From a virus (taxonomy: Duplodnaviria > Caudoviricetes), in IMG/VR virus record IMGVR_UViG_3300032285_003982, positions 1 to 28,800 of that record: a DNA stretch of 28,800 bases; one strand, given 5' to 3'. The position numbers and the translations under genes are program-made. Within the stretch, counting starts at the first letter, position 1, and every line of letters starts with the position of its first letter. Under the pieces are notes generated by a model. The model did not search any database. It was given only the letters and a program-made list of their open reading frames with translations, and was not told the origin of the DNA. Positions 8,435 through 18,300 of this stretch are shown piece after piece.

Positions 8435-9979
8435 ATGAATTTTGAATTTACAACAACATTTGCAAATCTACAAGTTAAACCATTAATTAGTGAAGAGAAA
8501 GATAAATATCTTTCATTAGCTTCTATTGATAGTTTAAAGAAATTTGTACCAAATATTGATACAGAAAAGAATATTGATTTACTTCCTATTGCTTTCGATG
8601 CCTGTGTAGTTAATAGAGTTAATAAAAATGGTGATGTAGTTGATTCTTCAACAGCAGTAGAAATGCTTAAGAATTTCGTTAATAAACCAATTAATGTTGA
8701 ACATGATAGAACAAAAGTTGTTGGTTGCATATTAACAGCTAGTTTTAGTAAGTTTGGAGATAATCAAGTAATCACAGAAGATCAAGCAAAAAAGATGAAA
8801 GAACCTTATTATATTACTCTAGGTGGAGTAATATGGAAAATTATTAATCCTCAATTATCTAATCTTATTGAAGAAAGTAACGATCCCTCTAGCGAAAATT
8901 ACATGAATGTTAGTGCTAGTTGGGAACTTGGATTTAATGAGTATGATTTAGTTCTTCTAAATGATAATAATAAAAATCTAGAAGATGCAACATTTGTCTC
9001 TGATGAAAAAGAAAAAGAGAAATTAAAGAAAAATTTAAAAGCTTTTGGTGGCTCTGGTAGAGTAGATAAAAATACATCTATTTATCGTCAAGTATTAGGA
9101 AATGTTATTCCATTAGGAATAGGCTTAACAGCTAATCCTGCTGCTGATGTTCAAGGAGTAGCCGTCAAAGACGAGAGTCAAATGGATATCGAAATATCCA
9201 AACCAGAAGAAAATGACCAAATGTCAGACTCTTCAGAAGTATCTTGCGAAAATAATATTTCACAAGACGAAGAAAATACTGTAAATGAAGAAGGAGTTAT
9301 AAACAGAATAATTATGAAAATAGAAAATATTAACCAAATAACAGATGAGCTTTTGAAGCAAGTAACTGCTTCTAGCGTAGCCGATTTCATTCAAGACGAG
9401 CTAAAGAAAGCTTCAGAAGCTTTCACAGCCGAAAGAACTGAAAAAGATAACGCTATTAAAGCCGCTCAAGAAAAATACGAATCACTTTCTACTGAAGGTG
9501 AAAAAGTAAAAGAAGAGCTAGAAAAATTAAAAGCCGCTCTTGCTCAATTAGAGGAAGAAAAAGCTGCTAAAATCAAAGAAGAAGCATTTAACGTAAGAAT
9601 GGCTTCTCTTGACGAAGAGTATGATCTAACTGATGAAGATCGTCAAGTTCTAGCTGCTGATGTAAAAGATTTGAATGATGAAACTTTTGCTGCTTACAAA
9701 AATAAGATGGCCGTTCTTATGAAAGAAAAAAGTAAGATGGCTAAAAAAGCAAAAGAAGAAGAAATGAAAAAAGCTAAAGCTTCCGAAGCTGCTCAAGTAG
9801 CAGAAGAAGTCAAAGCTTCAACAGCTTCTGAACAATCTGCAACCGAAGTTGTAGATGAAGTTCTCGATAATTCAAATATCGAAACTAATTCAATCCCAAA
9901 TTCAACAACAACCGTTGAGCCTTCGCTACGTGAAAAATATAGCAAAGCTTTCGGTCTTGAAGGATTTGATATTAAATAA
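8435..9979 (+). CDS. Prohead (maturation) protease fused to scaffold
   Basis: N-terminal NRVNKNGD...KPINVEH (His) and VSASWE (Ser) plus GIGLTANPAA are typical of HK97/herpes-fold proteases. The C-half is an E/K/A-rich coiled coil. It precedes the decoration and capsid genes. Confidence 0.75.
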   Translation: MNFEFTTTFANLQVKPLISEEKDKYLSLASIDSLKKFVPNIDTEKNIDLLPIAFDACVVNRVNKNGDVVDSSTAVEMLKNFVNKPINVEHDRTKVVGCILTASFSKFGDNQVITEDQAKKMKEPYYITLGGVIWKIINPQLSNLIEESNDPSSENYMNVSASWELGFNEYDLVLLNDNNKNLEDATFVSDEKEKEKLKKNLKAFGGSGRVDKNTSIYRQVLGNVIPLGIGLTANPAADVQGVAVKDESQMDIEISKPEENDQMSDSSEVSCENNISQDEENTVNEEGVINRIIMKIENINQITDELLKQVTASSVADFIQDELKKASEAFTAERTEKDNAIKAAQEKYESLSTEGEKVKEELEKLKAALAQLEEEKAAKIKEEAFNVRMASLDEEYDLTDEDRQVLAADVKDLNDETFAAYKNKMAVLMKEKSKMAKKAKEEEMKKAKASEAAQVAEEVKASTASEQSATEVVDEVLDNSNIETNSIPNSTTTVEPSLREKYSKAFGLEGFDIK

Positions 9980-10000
9980 ACAAATAAGGAGAAAAATAAT

Positions 10001-10618
10001 ATGGCACATATACTAAGACCATTCAGAGACTACAGCGAACATGATGTAGTCAACCTATTTGCTTTCAGTGGACAACAAGACGCTAATGGTGTTCTTGCCA
10101 CTGCAGGTACAGTAGTTAAAGTTGTCGGAAACGGTTTTCAACCAGTTGTAGCCGCTACAACCCCAGGTGGAACAGGAAATCTAGGAGTAGTACCAGTTGA
10201 TCTAGCTGGTGCAGTAGGTTTCCCATTCACAAACGTAGTTTCTGATCGCTATGCTTTAACAGCAAAAGTAGCAGCTGCTATCTCAGGTGATACAGCACTC
10301 GGAATTACCCTCAGAACATGCCAAGAGTTGGATGAAAACGGCCAAAAGCTAATTCATTTCCCACGCAAAGCTGCTGAAAAGGGAGTAGTTGTTAGTGGAC
10401 AAGGCGTTCCAGTTCTAACTAGAGGCGTTGTAGTCTATAGTGGAACAGAAATCGCTAATACAGCCACTGTTGGCGCAGGAGTTTATCTAAGTAACCTAAA
10501 TGCAGGTGAACTAAGTACAGTAAATAGTACAGCTAATAATGCTACACCAAGCAATAAAGTTGGAACACTACTTAGCAAGCCAGTAAGTAACGTTGCTCTT
10601 ATCAAACTCAACTTCTAA
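10001..10618 (+). CDS. Capsid decoration/cement protein
   Basis: 205 aa, Gly/Val/Ala-rich, between scaffold and MCP; strong SD AAGGAG; codon usage resembles the MCP gene. Confidence 0.6.
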   Translation: MAHILRPFRDYSEHDVVNLFAFSGQQDANGVLATAGTVVKVVGNGFQPVVAATTPGGTGNLGVVPVDLAGAVGFPFTNVVSDRYALTAKVAAAISGDTALGITLRTCQELDENGQKLIHFPRKAAEKGVVVSGQGVPVLTRGVVVYSGTEIANTATVGAGVYLSNLNAGELSTVNSTANNATPSNKVGTLLSKPVSNVALIKLNF

Positions 10619-10638
10619 TTTAAGGAAAATTATAAAAA

Positions 10639-11727
10639 ATGAAAATCAAATTAAAAAACACAACAGAGCAAGTTGAGCTTGTAAAAGCTATGGGCAGCAG
10701 AGATGCTACCGTAGCCCGCGAAGCTTCCGAAGCTTTTGCCGCTTTCATTGGACCAGTCGTAAGTAAGGTTCTAATGCAAGCTGGCACAGCCAGTGCAATC
10801 TATACTGATGCACCTTATGACGAAGATGATAATCCTAGTCTCCCTCTTGACCTATGGTTTGACCAAAGTCAAGATTATGTTACAGTTTGGAGTCAAAATG
10901 TAGCAGGTGGACTTCCTTCTTCCTCAGTAGAAGGATTCAGTGAACTAAAAATCGCTACATACCGCCTCGATGCAGCAGTAAGCTTCCTAAAGCGCTATGC
11001 TCGTAGTGGTCGTATTGATGTAGTTAGTAAAGCTGTAGAGAGAATGAGCAATGAAGTTCTCGTAAAACAAGAACGTAATGCTTGGGCAGTAGTATTGAAA
11101 GCCCTTGCAGAAGCTCGTACTCCAGCCGTTGGAACAAACAACGGAGTTGTTGGTGGTCAAATCACCACAGCTGCAACAGCTGGTACATTCGCATTGGGTG
11201 ATTTAAATAACCTAATGACACTAGTAAAAAGAATTAATACCTCTTATGCTGGTGGTACAACCACTGATTCATTCGGACTAACAGATTTATTCATTAGTCC
11301 AGAAATCAAGGGCGATATCCGTGCATTCGCTTACCAACCATTCACCACAACTGGCACAGCAGGAACAAATCTTCCTGATGGCGTCCGTGAAGAAATCTAT
11401 CGTGGTGCAGGTGCTCAAGAGCTTTATGGCGTAACCCTCCATGAACTCGTTGAACTAGGCGTAGGTGCAAAATATAATGCTCTATTCGATGCATTCAAAG
11501 GTTCACAAACTTTTGATAGCGTTACAAGAGAAATTATCGTTGGTCTTGACCTAAGCAGAGAAGGCTTTATCCGCCCAATCGCTCGTCAAAACGAAACTGG
11601 TGGAACATTCACTGTTCTTCCAGATGATCAATTCGTTGCTCGCTCTGAGAAAACTGGTTTCTACGGTTCTCTCGAAGAGGGTCGCGTTTGTATCGACGCT
11701 CGTGTAATATCTGGAATTATTGTCTAA
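10639..11727 (+). CDS. Major capsid protein (HK97 fold)
   Basis: 362 aa at the canonical position. Spine-helix-like DVVSKAVERMSNEVLVKQERNAW, LFISPE, LYGVTLHE and C-terminal GFYGSLEEGRVCID. Biased codons; followed by a strong terminator. Confidence 0.8.
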   Translation: MKIKLKNTTEQVELVKAMGSRDATVAREASEAFAAFIGPVVSKVLMQAGTASAIYTDAPYDEDDNPSLPLDLWFDQSQDYVTVWSQNVAGGLPSSSVEGFSELKIATYRLDAAVSFLKRYARSGRIDVVSKAVERMSNEVLVKQERNAWAVVLKALAEARTPAVGTNNGVVGGQITTAATAGTFALGDLNNLMTLVKRINTSYAGGTTTDSFGLTDLFISPEIKGDIRAFAYQPFTTTGTAGTNLPDGVREEIYRGAGAQELYGVTLHELVELGVGAKYNALFDAFKGSQTFDSVTREIIVGLDLSREGFIRPIARQNETGGTFTVLPDDQFVARSEKTGFYGSLEEGRVCIDARVISGIIV

Positions 11728-11747
11728 TTAAAAATTAGATAAAAATC

Positions 11748-11786
11748 AAAGGCCCAGTAGGTATATCCCTACTGGGTCTTTTTTTT
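11748..11786 (+). terminator. Rho-independent terminator after MCP
   Basis: Stem GGCCCAGTAGG (11751-11761) / CCTACTGGGTC (11768-11778), 6-nt loop, then T8. Confidence 0.9.
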
Positions 11787-11796
11787 GAATAAAATA

Positions 11797-11825
11797 TTAG
11801 AAATTGGCGCTACTAGATTTATAAT
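11797..11825 (+). promoter_or_regulatory. Possible sigma70-like promoter TTAGAA-17nt-TATAAT
   Basis: Perfect -10 at 11820-11825 with a 17-nt spacer, downstream of a terminator and upstream of AAGGAG/ATG 11843. This gap has no GTGTAA. Confidence 0.4.
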
Positions 11826-11842
11826 ATAGTTAAGGAGATATT

Positions 11843-12193
11843 ATGAGCAGAAAAAAAACAAATTTAAACAATATGTCACAAACCCATGGAAAGATTGAAA
11901 ATATTCAATATAAAACACTAGACCAAATTTGGGGTGATAATGGTAGCGGAAGATATAAAACAACTGATGAGAAGGAATATCTCAATTTTCTTAGCGATAT
12001 GAATAAGAGTGATCTACAAGCTCATGCAAATAAAGTTGGATTAGTTCCAATTGATAATCGTGAAACTCTTACAAAAAGATTAGTTTTAGAATTTAGAAAG
12101 TATGTTTCACTTTATAAGATTCCAAAAGTAAAAGAGAGTCCTGCTGTTACATTAAATAAAAAAGCAAAAGATATTTTATCAGAAGGTAAATAA
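11843..12193 (+). CDS. Small basic protein with Rho-N/HeH(SAP)-like helical motif
   Basis: LSDMNKSDLQAHANKVGL...RETLTKRL matches the helix-extension-helix pattern; SD AAGGAG. Confidence 0.5.
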   Translation: MSRKKTNLNNMSQTHGKIENIQYKTLDQIWGDNGSGRYKTTDEKEYLNFLSDMNKSDLQAHANKVGLVPIDNRETLTKRLVLEFRKYVSLYKIPKVKESPAVTLNKKAKDILSEGK

Positions 12194-12214
12194 TTTCTTT
12201 TGTTTGAAATCAGC

Positions 12215-12238
12215 TTACACTTAAGGATATAAGTGTAA
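12215..12238. promoter_or_regulatory. Inverted pair of the GTGTAA element (9-bp perfect inverted repeat)
   Basis: TTACACTTA (12215-12223), AGGATA, TAAGTGTAA (12230-12238); 12 nt before ATG 12251. Confidence 0.55.
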
Positions 12239-12250
12239 TAATCATAGTAA

Positions 12251-14893
12251 ATGAATATTACTACTGGTAATTTATATCTCCAAGCTTATAATAATCAAAG
12301 CGGCAAGTTTATTGAGGTTCCATCAACCGAATCAACAATAGTACTTTATTCTGGTCCAACTGGAAGACTTTCTAGACCTTGGACATCTAATTTTAATGGA
12401 TTTTTATTTTCTAGACCAATAAGAACAAGTAGTATAGAAATGTTACCAATTAGTATTGGTACAAATAATGTTACTGGCAGTGGAGTTTATAATGTTAATA
12501 TAGGAGCATATAATATAAATGCTCTAGTAAGACCAGATCTTATAACTGGAAATACAATAGGTAGTCATAATATCGGATTTATGAATTATGCAATTGATTC
12601 AACAAATAGCTACAATTTTGGTTCACGTAATACATTAAGAAATTCAATTAATTCATATATTTTAGGATCATATAGTTTAAATTCTGGATCATTTCGTTCA
12701 TTTGATTTAGGATATTTAAATACATTACAAACTGGAACAGATTGTTATTTAATTGGAAAAATCAATTATCTAGATAGTGGTGATAATTTAATTTCAATTG
12801 GCTCAAATAATATTCAAACAGTTGTAACAAATTCATTAAATCTTGGATCATCAAATAATATTTATAATTCTGATCAATTGTCATCTTTTGGAAATGCTCA
12901 TCAAATAAGTGGTAGCTCTAAAGTATATAATATTGGAGAAAATAATATTTCAACAAATAATAATTTATTATTTTTATTTGGAAAAGATAATAATTTTACA
13001 AATTCGGCTAATCAAATATGTATTGGTCATACAAATACTTCTAATTCTGGCGCTTTAAATTTAGTTTTTGGAAAAAATAATTTATTAGATGGAACAGGAA
13101 ATCATATATTTGGTGAAGGAAATATTGTTAATGGTTCTTATGGAAAAGTTAATGGTAAAAATAATACAATATATTCAAGTTCACAACAAGATATAGTTTT
13201 TGGAGACTTAAATAATTTGGATGGAACAACCAATAATAGCATTATTGGGTCAAATAATTCTTCTAATGGTTCTTTATATATTCCATATATTTCTGGTATT
13301 TTTATAACTGGTTCATATGGAGAAACTAAATTAGATAGAATAAATTTAACTGGTGCAAATGCTACTGGATTTTTTAAATATATCGCTAATACAGTAGGAA
13401 ATAATTTATATACTGGATTTACTTTTAATGGATTATATACAACTACTGATTTTATTACATATAGTAAAAATTTAGGAATGGGACTAACAAATAGTATTTA
13501 TGGAAGAATTAATTATGATTCACAAAATCTTTATGGAAATGGTAACGCTTGGATATTGACTTTAGATTTAAGTAATGATGTTGGTGGCACATATCCAGCT
13601 TATAGTTCTTATAATTTAACTGCATGGAGTGGTTTAGGTAATATATTAGGAACAACTTATAGATTTACTCCTAATCCTACTGGAAGATTGAGTGGATATA
13701 TTAATGATAATGTTAATGGATTTTATAATCGAGAAAACAATCGTTTTGCTACTACTTTTAATAATACCAAAGGTCATACAATAACTTATGATATTGGAAC
13801 TGGATGGAGTTTATATTACAATAATGTTAGAACAGGAAATTTATCTACAATTGTTGAAAGGATTTATAGTGGAATTGATGGAGCTAATTTCACAGGATGG
13901 AGTGGATTAAAATCTTATAATTCTGGATCATTAAAAATTGCAACTGGAATTACTTATTTAAATACATTTAATCCAATTGGTGGAAATTCTAATTTTTATG
14001 TAGGTAATAATAATATTACAACATTAAATAGTTTTTCTTATAGTTTTGGAGATGGTAATACATTATACAATAATGTAAATTCATATGCTATAGGTAGAAG
14101 TAATATCTTAGAAGATTCAATATCATGTTATGCATTTGGTGAACTTAATACGGTTTCTGGTTTTCAAAATTGTGTTATTGGAAATAATAATGAAATAAGA
14201 TCTGGCGATTATAATTCTATATTTATTGGAATTAATTATACACCAACAGGAGATGATAAGGTAGCAACAATCTCACTAGCAACAGTTAATAATAAAATAG
14301 AAATTAGTCCATCTGAAATAAGACTTGATTCTGCAAATAGACCTAAAATTAATGGTGAAAATATTATAATTCAAAGTGAATTTGATACTATATCAAATGC
14401 TTTAGTTCCGAATGGGTCAGCATCTGCTACTAATACATTCCAAGACCCTTATTATGATAAATTAGCAGATAGAATATCTATATCAGGCTTTACATATGAT
14501 TCTGGAGCTTATACTAGTTTAGTATCTAATTCTCAAGAATTTGGTGGAACTTCAACTTTATTTTTAAATAATTTTAATATATATAGCACTACTTCTTATA
14601 CTGGATCGAATGGATTTAATATTATATATGGTAATCATACTAGATCTCAATTCTCTCCAGCATGGATAGTTGTTGATAGTAATACTTCTGGAATATATTA
14701 TAAAAATGATATTACTCCATACAATAGAACTCCTCAAACTGGATGGTATGTTACTGGGTTTAATGACGGTACTAGTTTATATACTGGAATCAGTACTAAT
14801 TTTGGAGCAGATCTTGTAATGGGAACTAGACAAGGATATATATCTGTTAGCAATATTTCATTAGGTACAGTTTATCTACCATATTTTTATTAA
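12251..14893 (+). CDS. Tail/head fiber or spike with YadA-head-like GxxN beta-roll repeats
   Basis: 880 aa. Two blocks of ~14-residue repeats (e.g. SYNFGSRN, SYILGSYS, ISIGSNN, YAIGRSN, CVIGNNN) flank a Trp/Tyr-rich insert. Confidence 0.6.
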   Translation: MNITTGNLYLQAYNNQSGKFIEVPSTESTIVLYSGPTGRLSRPWTSNFNGFLFSRPIRTSSIEMLPISIGTNNVTGSGVYNVNIGAYNINALVRPDLITGNTIGSHNIGFMNYAIDSTNSYNFGSRNTLRNSINSYILGSYSLNSGSFRSFDLGYLNTLQTGTDCYLIGKINYLDSGDNLISIGSNNIQTVVTNSLNLGSSNNIYNSDQLSSFGNAHQISGSSKVYNIGENNISTNNNLLFLFGKDNNFTNSANQICIGHTNTSNSGALNLVFGKNNLLDGTGNHIFGEGNIVNGSYGKVNGKNNTIYSSSQQDIVFGDLNNLDGTTNNSIIGSNNSSNGSLYIPYISGIFITGSYGETKLDRINLTGANATGFFKYIANTVGNNLYTGFTFNGLYTTTDFITYSKNLGMGLTNSIYGRINYDSQNLYGNGNAWILTLDLSNDVGGTYPAYSSYNLTAWSGLGNILGTTYRFTPNPTGRLSGYINDNVNGFYNRENNRFATTFNNTKGHTITYDIGTGWSLYYNNVRTGNLSTIVERIYSGIDGANFTGWSGLKSYNSGSLKIATGITYLNTFNPIGGNSNFYVGNNNITTLNSFSYSFGDGNTLYNNVNSYAIGRSNILEDSISCYAFGELNTVSGFQNCVIGNNNEIRSGDYNSIFIGINYTPTGDDKVATISLATVNNKIEISPSEIRLDSANRPKINGENIIIQSEFDTISNALVPNGSASATNTFQDPYYDKLADRISISGFTYDSGAYTSLVSNSQEFGGTSTLFLNNFNIYSTTSYTGSNGFNIIYGNHTRSQFSPAWIVVDSNTSGIYYKNDITPYNRTPQTGWYVTGFNDGTSLYTGISTNFGADLVMGTRQGYISVSNISLGTVYLPYFY

Positions 14894-14917
14894 TTTTAAT
14901 ATATTCTTGAGATAAAT

Positions 14918-14923
14918 GTGTAA
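14918..14923 (+). promoter_or_regulatory. GTGTAA putative late promoter element
   Basis: 8 nt upstream of ATG 14932; no SD. Confidence 0.65.
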
Positions 14924-14931
14924 TTTTCTAT

Positions 14932-15303
14932 ATGGCAAGCTCATATAATATAGAAACTATACAAGGCGATGTTTTAAGTTTAACTCTCACAGTAAAAGAC
15001 TCCTATGGAAATAATATCAATTTAAGTGGGTACGATGTTAGGGGTCAAGTTAGGTATAGTTACTCTTATAGTGGTGATTCTATGCTTTTATTACAATTTA
15101 ATCCAAGTATTTATAGTGGTACTTATGGAGAATACTTTCCTTCTGGAATAATTAATATAAATGTTAATTCATATCAAACACAAAATCTACCAATTGGATC
15201 TTTTGTTTATGATATAGAAAGATATAAAGCATCTAATCTTACTGGCGATGCTATTAAATTATTAAGAGGTAAATTTATAGTTTCTCCAGAAGTAACAATA
15301 TAA
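14932..15303 (+). CDS. BppU-N-like / Ig-like fiber adaptor protein
   Basis: IQGD...LTVKD..G..INLSGY...GQVR...G.I.I......T..LP.G..VYDIE......LLRGKFIVSPEVT is the pattern of small adaptors that precede fiber genes. Confidence 0.55.
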   Translation: MASSYNIETIQGDVLSLTLTVKDSYGNNINLSGYDVRGQVRYSYSYSGDSMLLLQFNPSIYSGTYGEYFPSGIININVNSYQTQNLPIGSFVYDIERYKASNLTGDAIKLLRGKFIVSPEVTI

Positions 15304-15307
15304 TTTT

Positions 15308-18300
15308 ATGGCAGATTATAATGTATCGGTAAGCATACCAAGCCCTGTCAACACTAATGTTGTAGCTCCGCCTTCTGCTCAGACTACAACAATAACAATG
15401 GGCGCTCCTGGTCCACAAGGTCCAATAGGTCCAAGTGGAGCAATTGGTCCAGTTGGTCCGATAGGTCCAGTTGGTCCAAGTGGATTTGTTAATACTGGCG
15501 AATTAGATTTAAGATATGTTAGGATAACTGGGAATCAAGTTATACAAGGAAATAAAAGTTTTGTTTTAGCTGTTACTGCTCCTAACCTTGTTTATCGTAC
15601 TGGTGATCAAAATATTCAAGGAAATAAAAATTTTCTAGAACCAATTTTATCTCCTAATCTTATTTATACTAGTGGGAATCAAAATATTAGTGGAAGTAAA
15701 ACTTTTTATTCTCCAATATATTTTTCTAGTGGTGCAAGTATTGATTTAAGAGGAGGTGAACAAGGGATTGGGGGAAGTATTGATTTATCTAATTATGGTG
15801 GATCTATTATATCTAGAGGAAGTATTGCTGATAATGAATATATTGGTCGTTTTCAAGGAGGAAATATTGATTTATCTGCAACTCAATATGGTCGAGGTGG
15901 TTCAATTTTATTAGGTGGATTAGGTGGAGAAGGTGGTACAATTGATCTTCGTGGTGGTGGCAATGAGGAGATGGGTGGAAGTATAATATCTAGAGGTAAT
16001 GCTGGTGGAGCTGGCGGATCTCTTAATATGTCAGCAAATAATGACTTCGCAGGAGGATCAATTAATACATCAAATGGTGGTGGAGACATAAATACTTCAA
16101 GTGAAGGAGGAAGTATTAATACATCAGATAATGGCGGTAGTATTGACCTACGAGGTGTGACTTCAGGTCCAGGTGCAATGGGTGGAAGTATTACCATGAT
16201 TGGTCAGACAGATGATTCCCATTATTATAATGGGGGATCAATAAATCTTTCTGCTGGGTATAATGGTAATGGTGGCAGTATCAATATATCAGATAAGGGC
16301 GGTAGTATTAATTTAGCAGGTGGTGAATACGGATCAGGTGCTTTTATTGATGGAAAAGACAATGGTGGGTCTATTAAATTTTTTGGTACATCCACAGCTT
16401 CAAAAGGTGGATCAATAGATATTAGCGCTGGTAATGGTTTTCCAATATACGGTCTTGATGCTGTTGGTGGAAATGGAGGATTTTTAACTTTGGTAGGAGG
16501 AGGTGGTGCCGCAGAGGCAAATAATGCAAAAGGTGGAAAAGCTGGATCTATAATTGGTAATGGAGGCAACGCAATTGGGATTGGTAGAAACCAAGACAAT
16601 GAGATAATTCTCATAGATGGATATGACGGAGGAACAATCAATTTTTCTGCAGGGGATCTTGGTTATGGCGGAAGCATTAATATCTCAAATGGAGGTGGTT
16701 CAATAAATCTTTCACAAAATAGTGGAGCAAGTTTCTCAATTCAAACAGGAAATCTACCAACTCAAAATGATGGCTCAATTTATAATAAAATAAATGACAA
16801 TTTATATATAAGAAAAAATGGATCTTGGAAAAAAGTAATTACAAGTGCAGATAATATAGTTTATACTACTGGAAATCAAACCATATCTGGTAATAAAACT
16901 TTTGCAAATCAAATAGTTTTTGCAAATCAAAATGGTATAGGTGGTAGTATTTCTGGAAGTGCATATGGTGGAGATTCTAATTTGTATATCAATGCAGGCG
17001 GTGCTCCATCATATATACATTTAAATAGTTCTCAAGCATCAATGATACTTGGAGAAGATGGAATAACTATTGACGCAGCTAATGAATTTCTTAATATTAA
17101 TAATACTGATGCAATTTTTATAAATGGAGTAGGATCAGCAATATTTGCGCCTGATACAACAGCTTCTTTTAAAGATGTTAATGCTAATAATGTTTTTGCA
17201 GAAACTGGAACTTTTCAAAAACTTTATGCTAATAATCTAGTTTATAATACTGGCAACCAAACTATTAGTGGAGTTAAAACCTTTGCATCTAGACCAACTG
17301 TAAATGGAACTGGATTCTTATTGAGTGGAGAAGCATCCTCTATAATTTTACCAAATACTATAGTTTATATTACTGGAGATCAAACTATTTCTGGTATTAA
17401 GACTTTCGCTTCTCGTCCTACTGTAAATGGAACTGGAGTACTTTTAAGTGGTGAAGCTTCAGCTGTAGTTTTACCAACTACTTTAGTTTATACAACTGGA
17501 AACCAAATAATTACTGGAATTAAAACTTTTACAACACCAATTACTGCTCCTAATCTTGTTTATACCAGTGGAGATCAAATCATTTCTGGTAATAAAATTT
17601 TTACAAATGATGTAGATATTCAAGGAATAGCAACAATTCAAAATTTAAATCTATTAATGTCAGATTATTATTTTGATGGTGTTACTATTCAAATTGTTAA
17701 TTCTAGTGTTAGAGTATCTGGAGATATATATGTATCTGGTAATAAAGTTTTAACTGGAGTAAATTTAAACTCTTATGCTTTAGCCAATCAAGTGGTTTAT
17801 ATTACTGGAAATCAAATTATTAGTGGAGTTAAAACCTTTGCATCTCGACCAACAGTCAATGGTACTGGATTTTTACTAAGCGGTGAAGCTGGAGCTTTAC
17901 CATCAACTATCGTCTATACCACTGGTAATCAAAGTATTTCTGGAATTAAAACTTTCTTGAATAATATTCAAGTTTCTGGTACTGGAGTTTTTAATGCTCT
18001 AGATTTAAATAATATTGATGTAATTTCTCTTTCTGGCGTAGATGTAGAAATAGTAAATGGAAATGTTAATTTAACAAATACTCCAAGAGTTAATGGTAAT
18101 GCTGTATTAACAGGCATAGATTTAACTCCTTATGCAACAATTTCTAGTTTAAATTCACTTAGCGGAGTTTCTGTATTAACTTTTGGAAATCAAGGTATTT
18201 ATGGAAATAAAACATTTTATGATAATGTTTCTATTAATAACCTTACTGTAACTGGAACTCAAACAATAGCTAATATATCAAATACAAATGTTCCTAGTAA

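Noticed and set aside
8353-9390. Minus-strand ORFs 8353..8730 and 9178..9390
   Set aside because: Antisense shadows of the protease/scaffold; their Ser/Phe richness mirrors Glu/Lys codons.
15883-16641. Pro-rich minus-strand ORFs
   Set aside because: Reverse complement of the Gly-rich GGSI repeats (GGN gives NCC/CCN).
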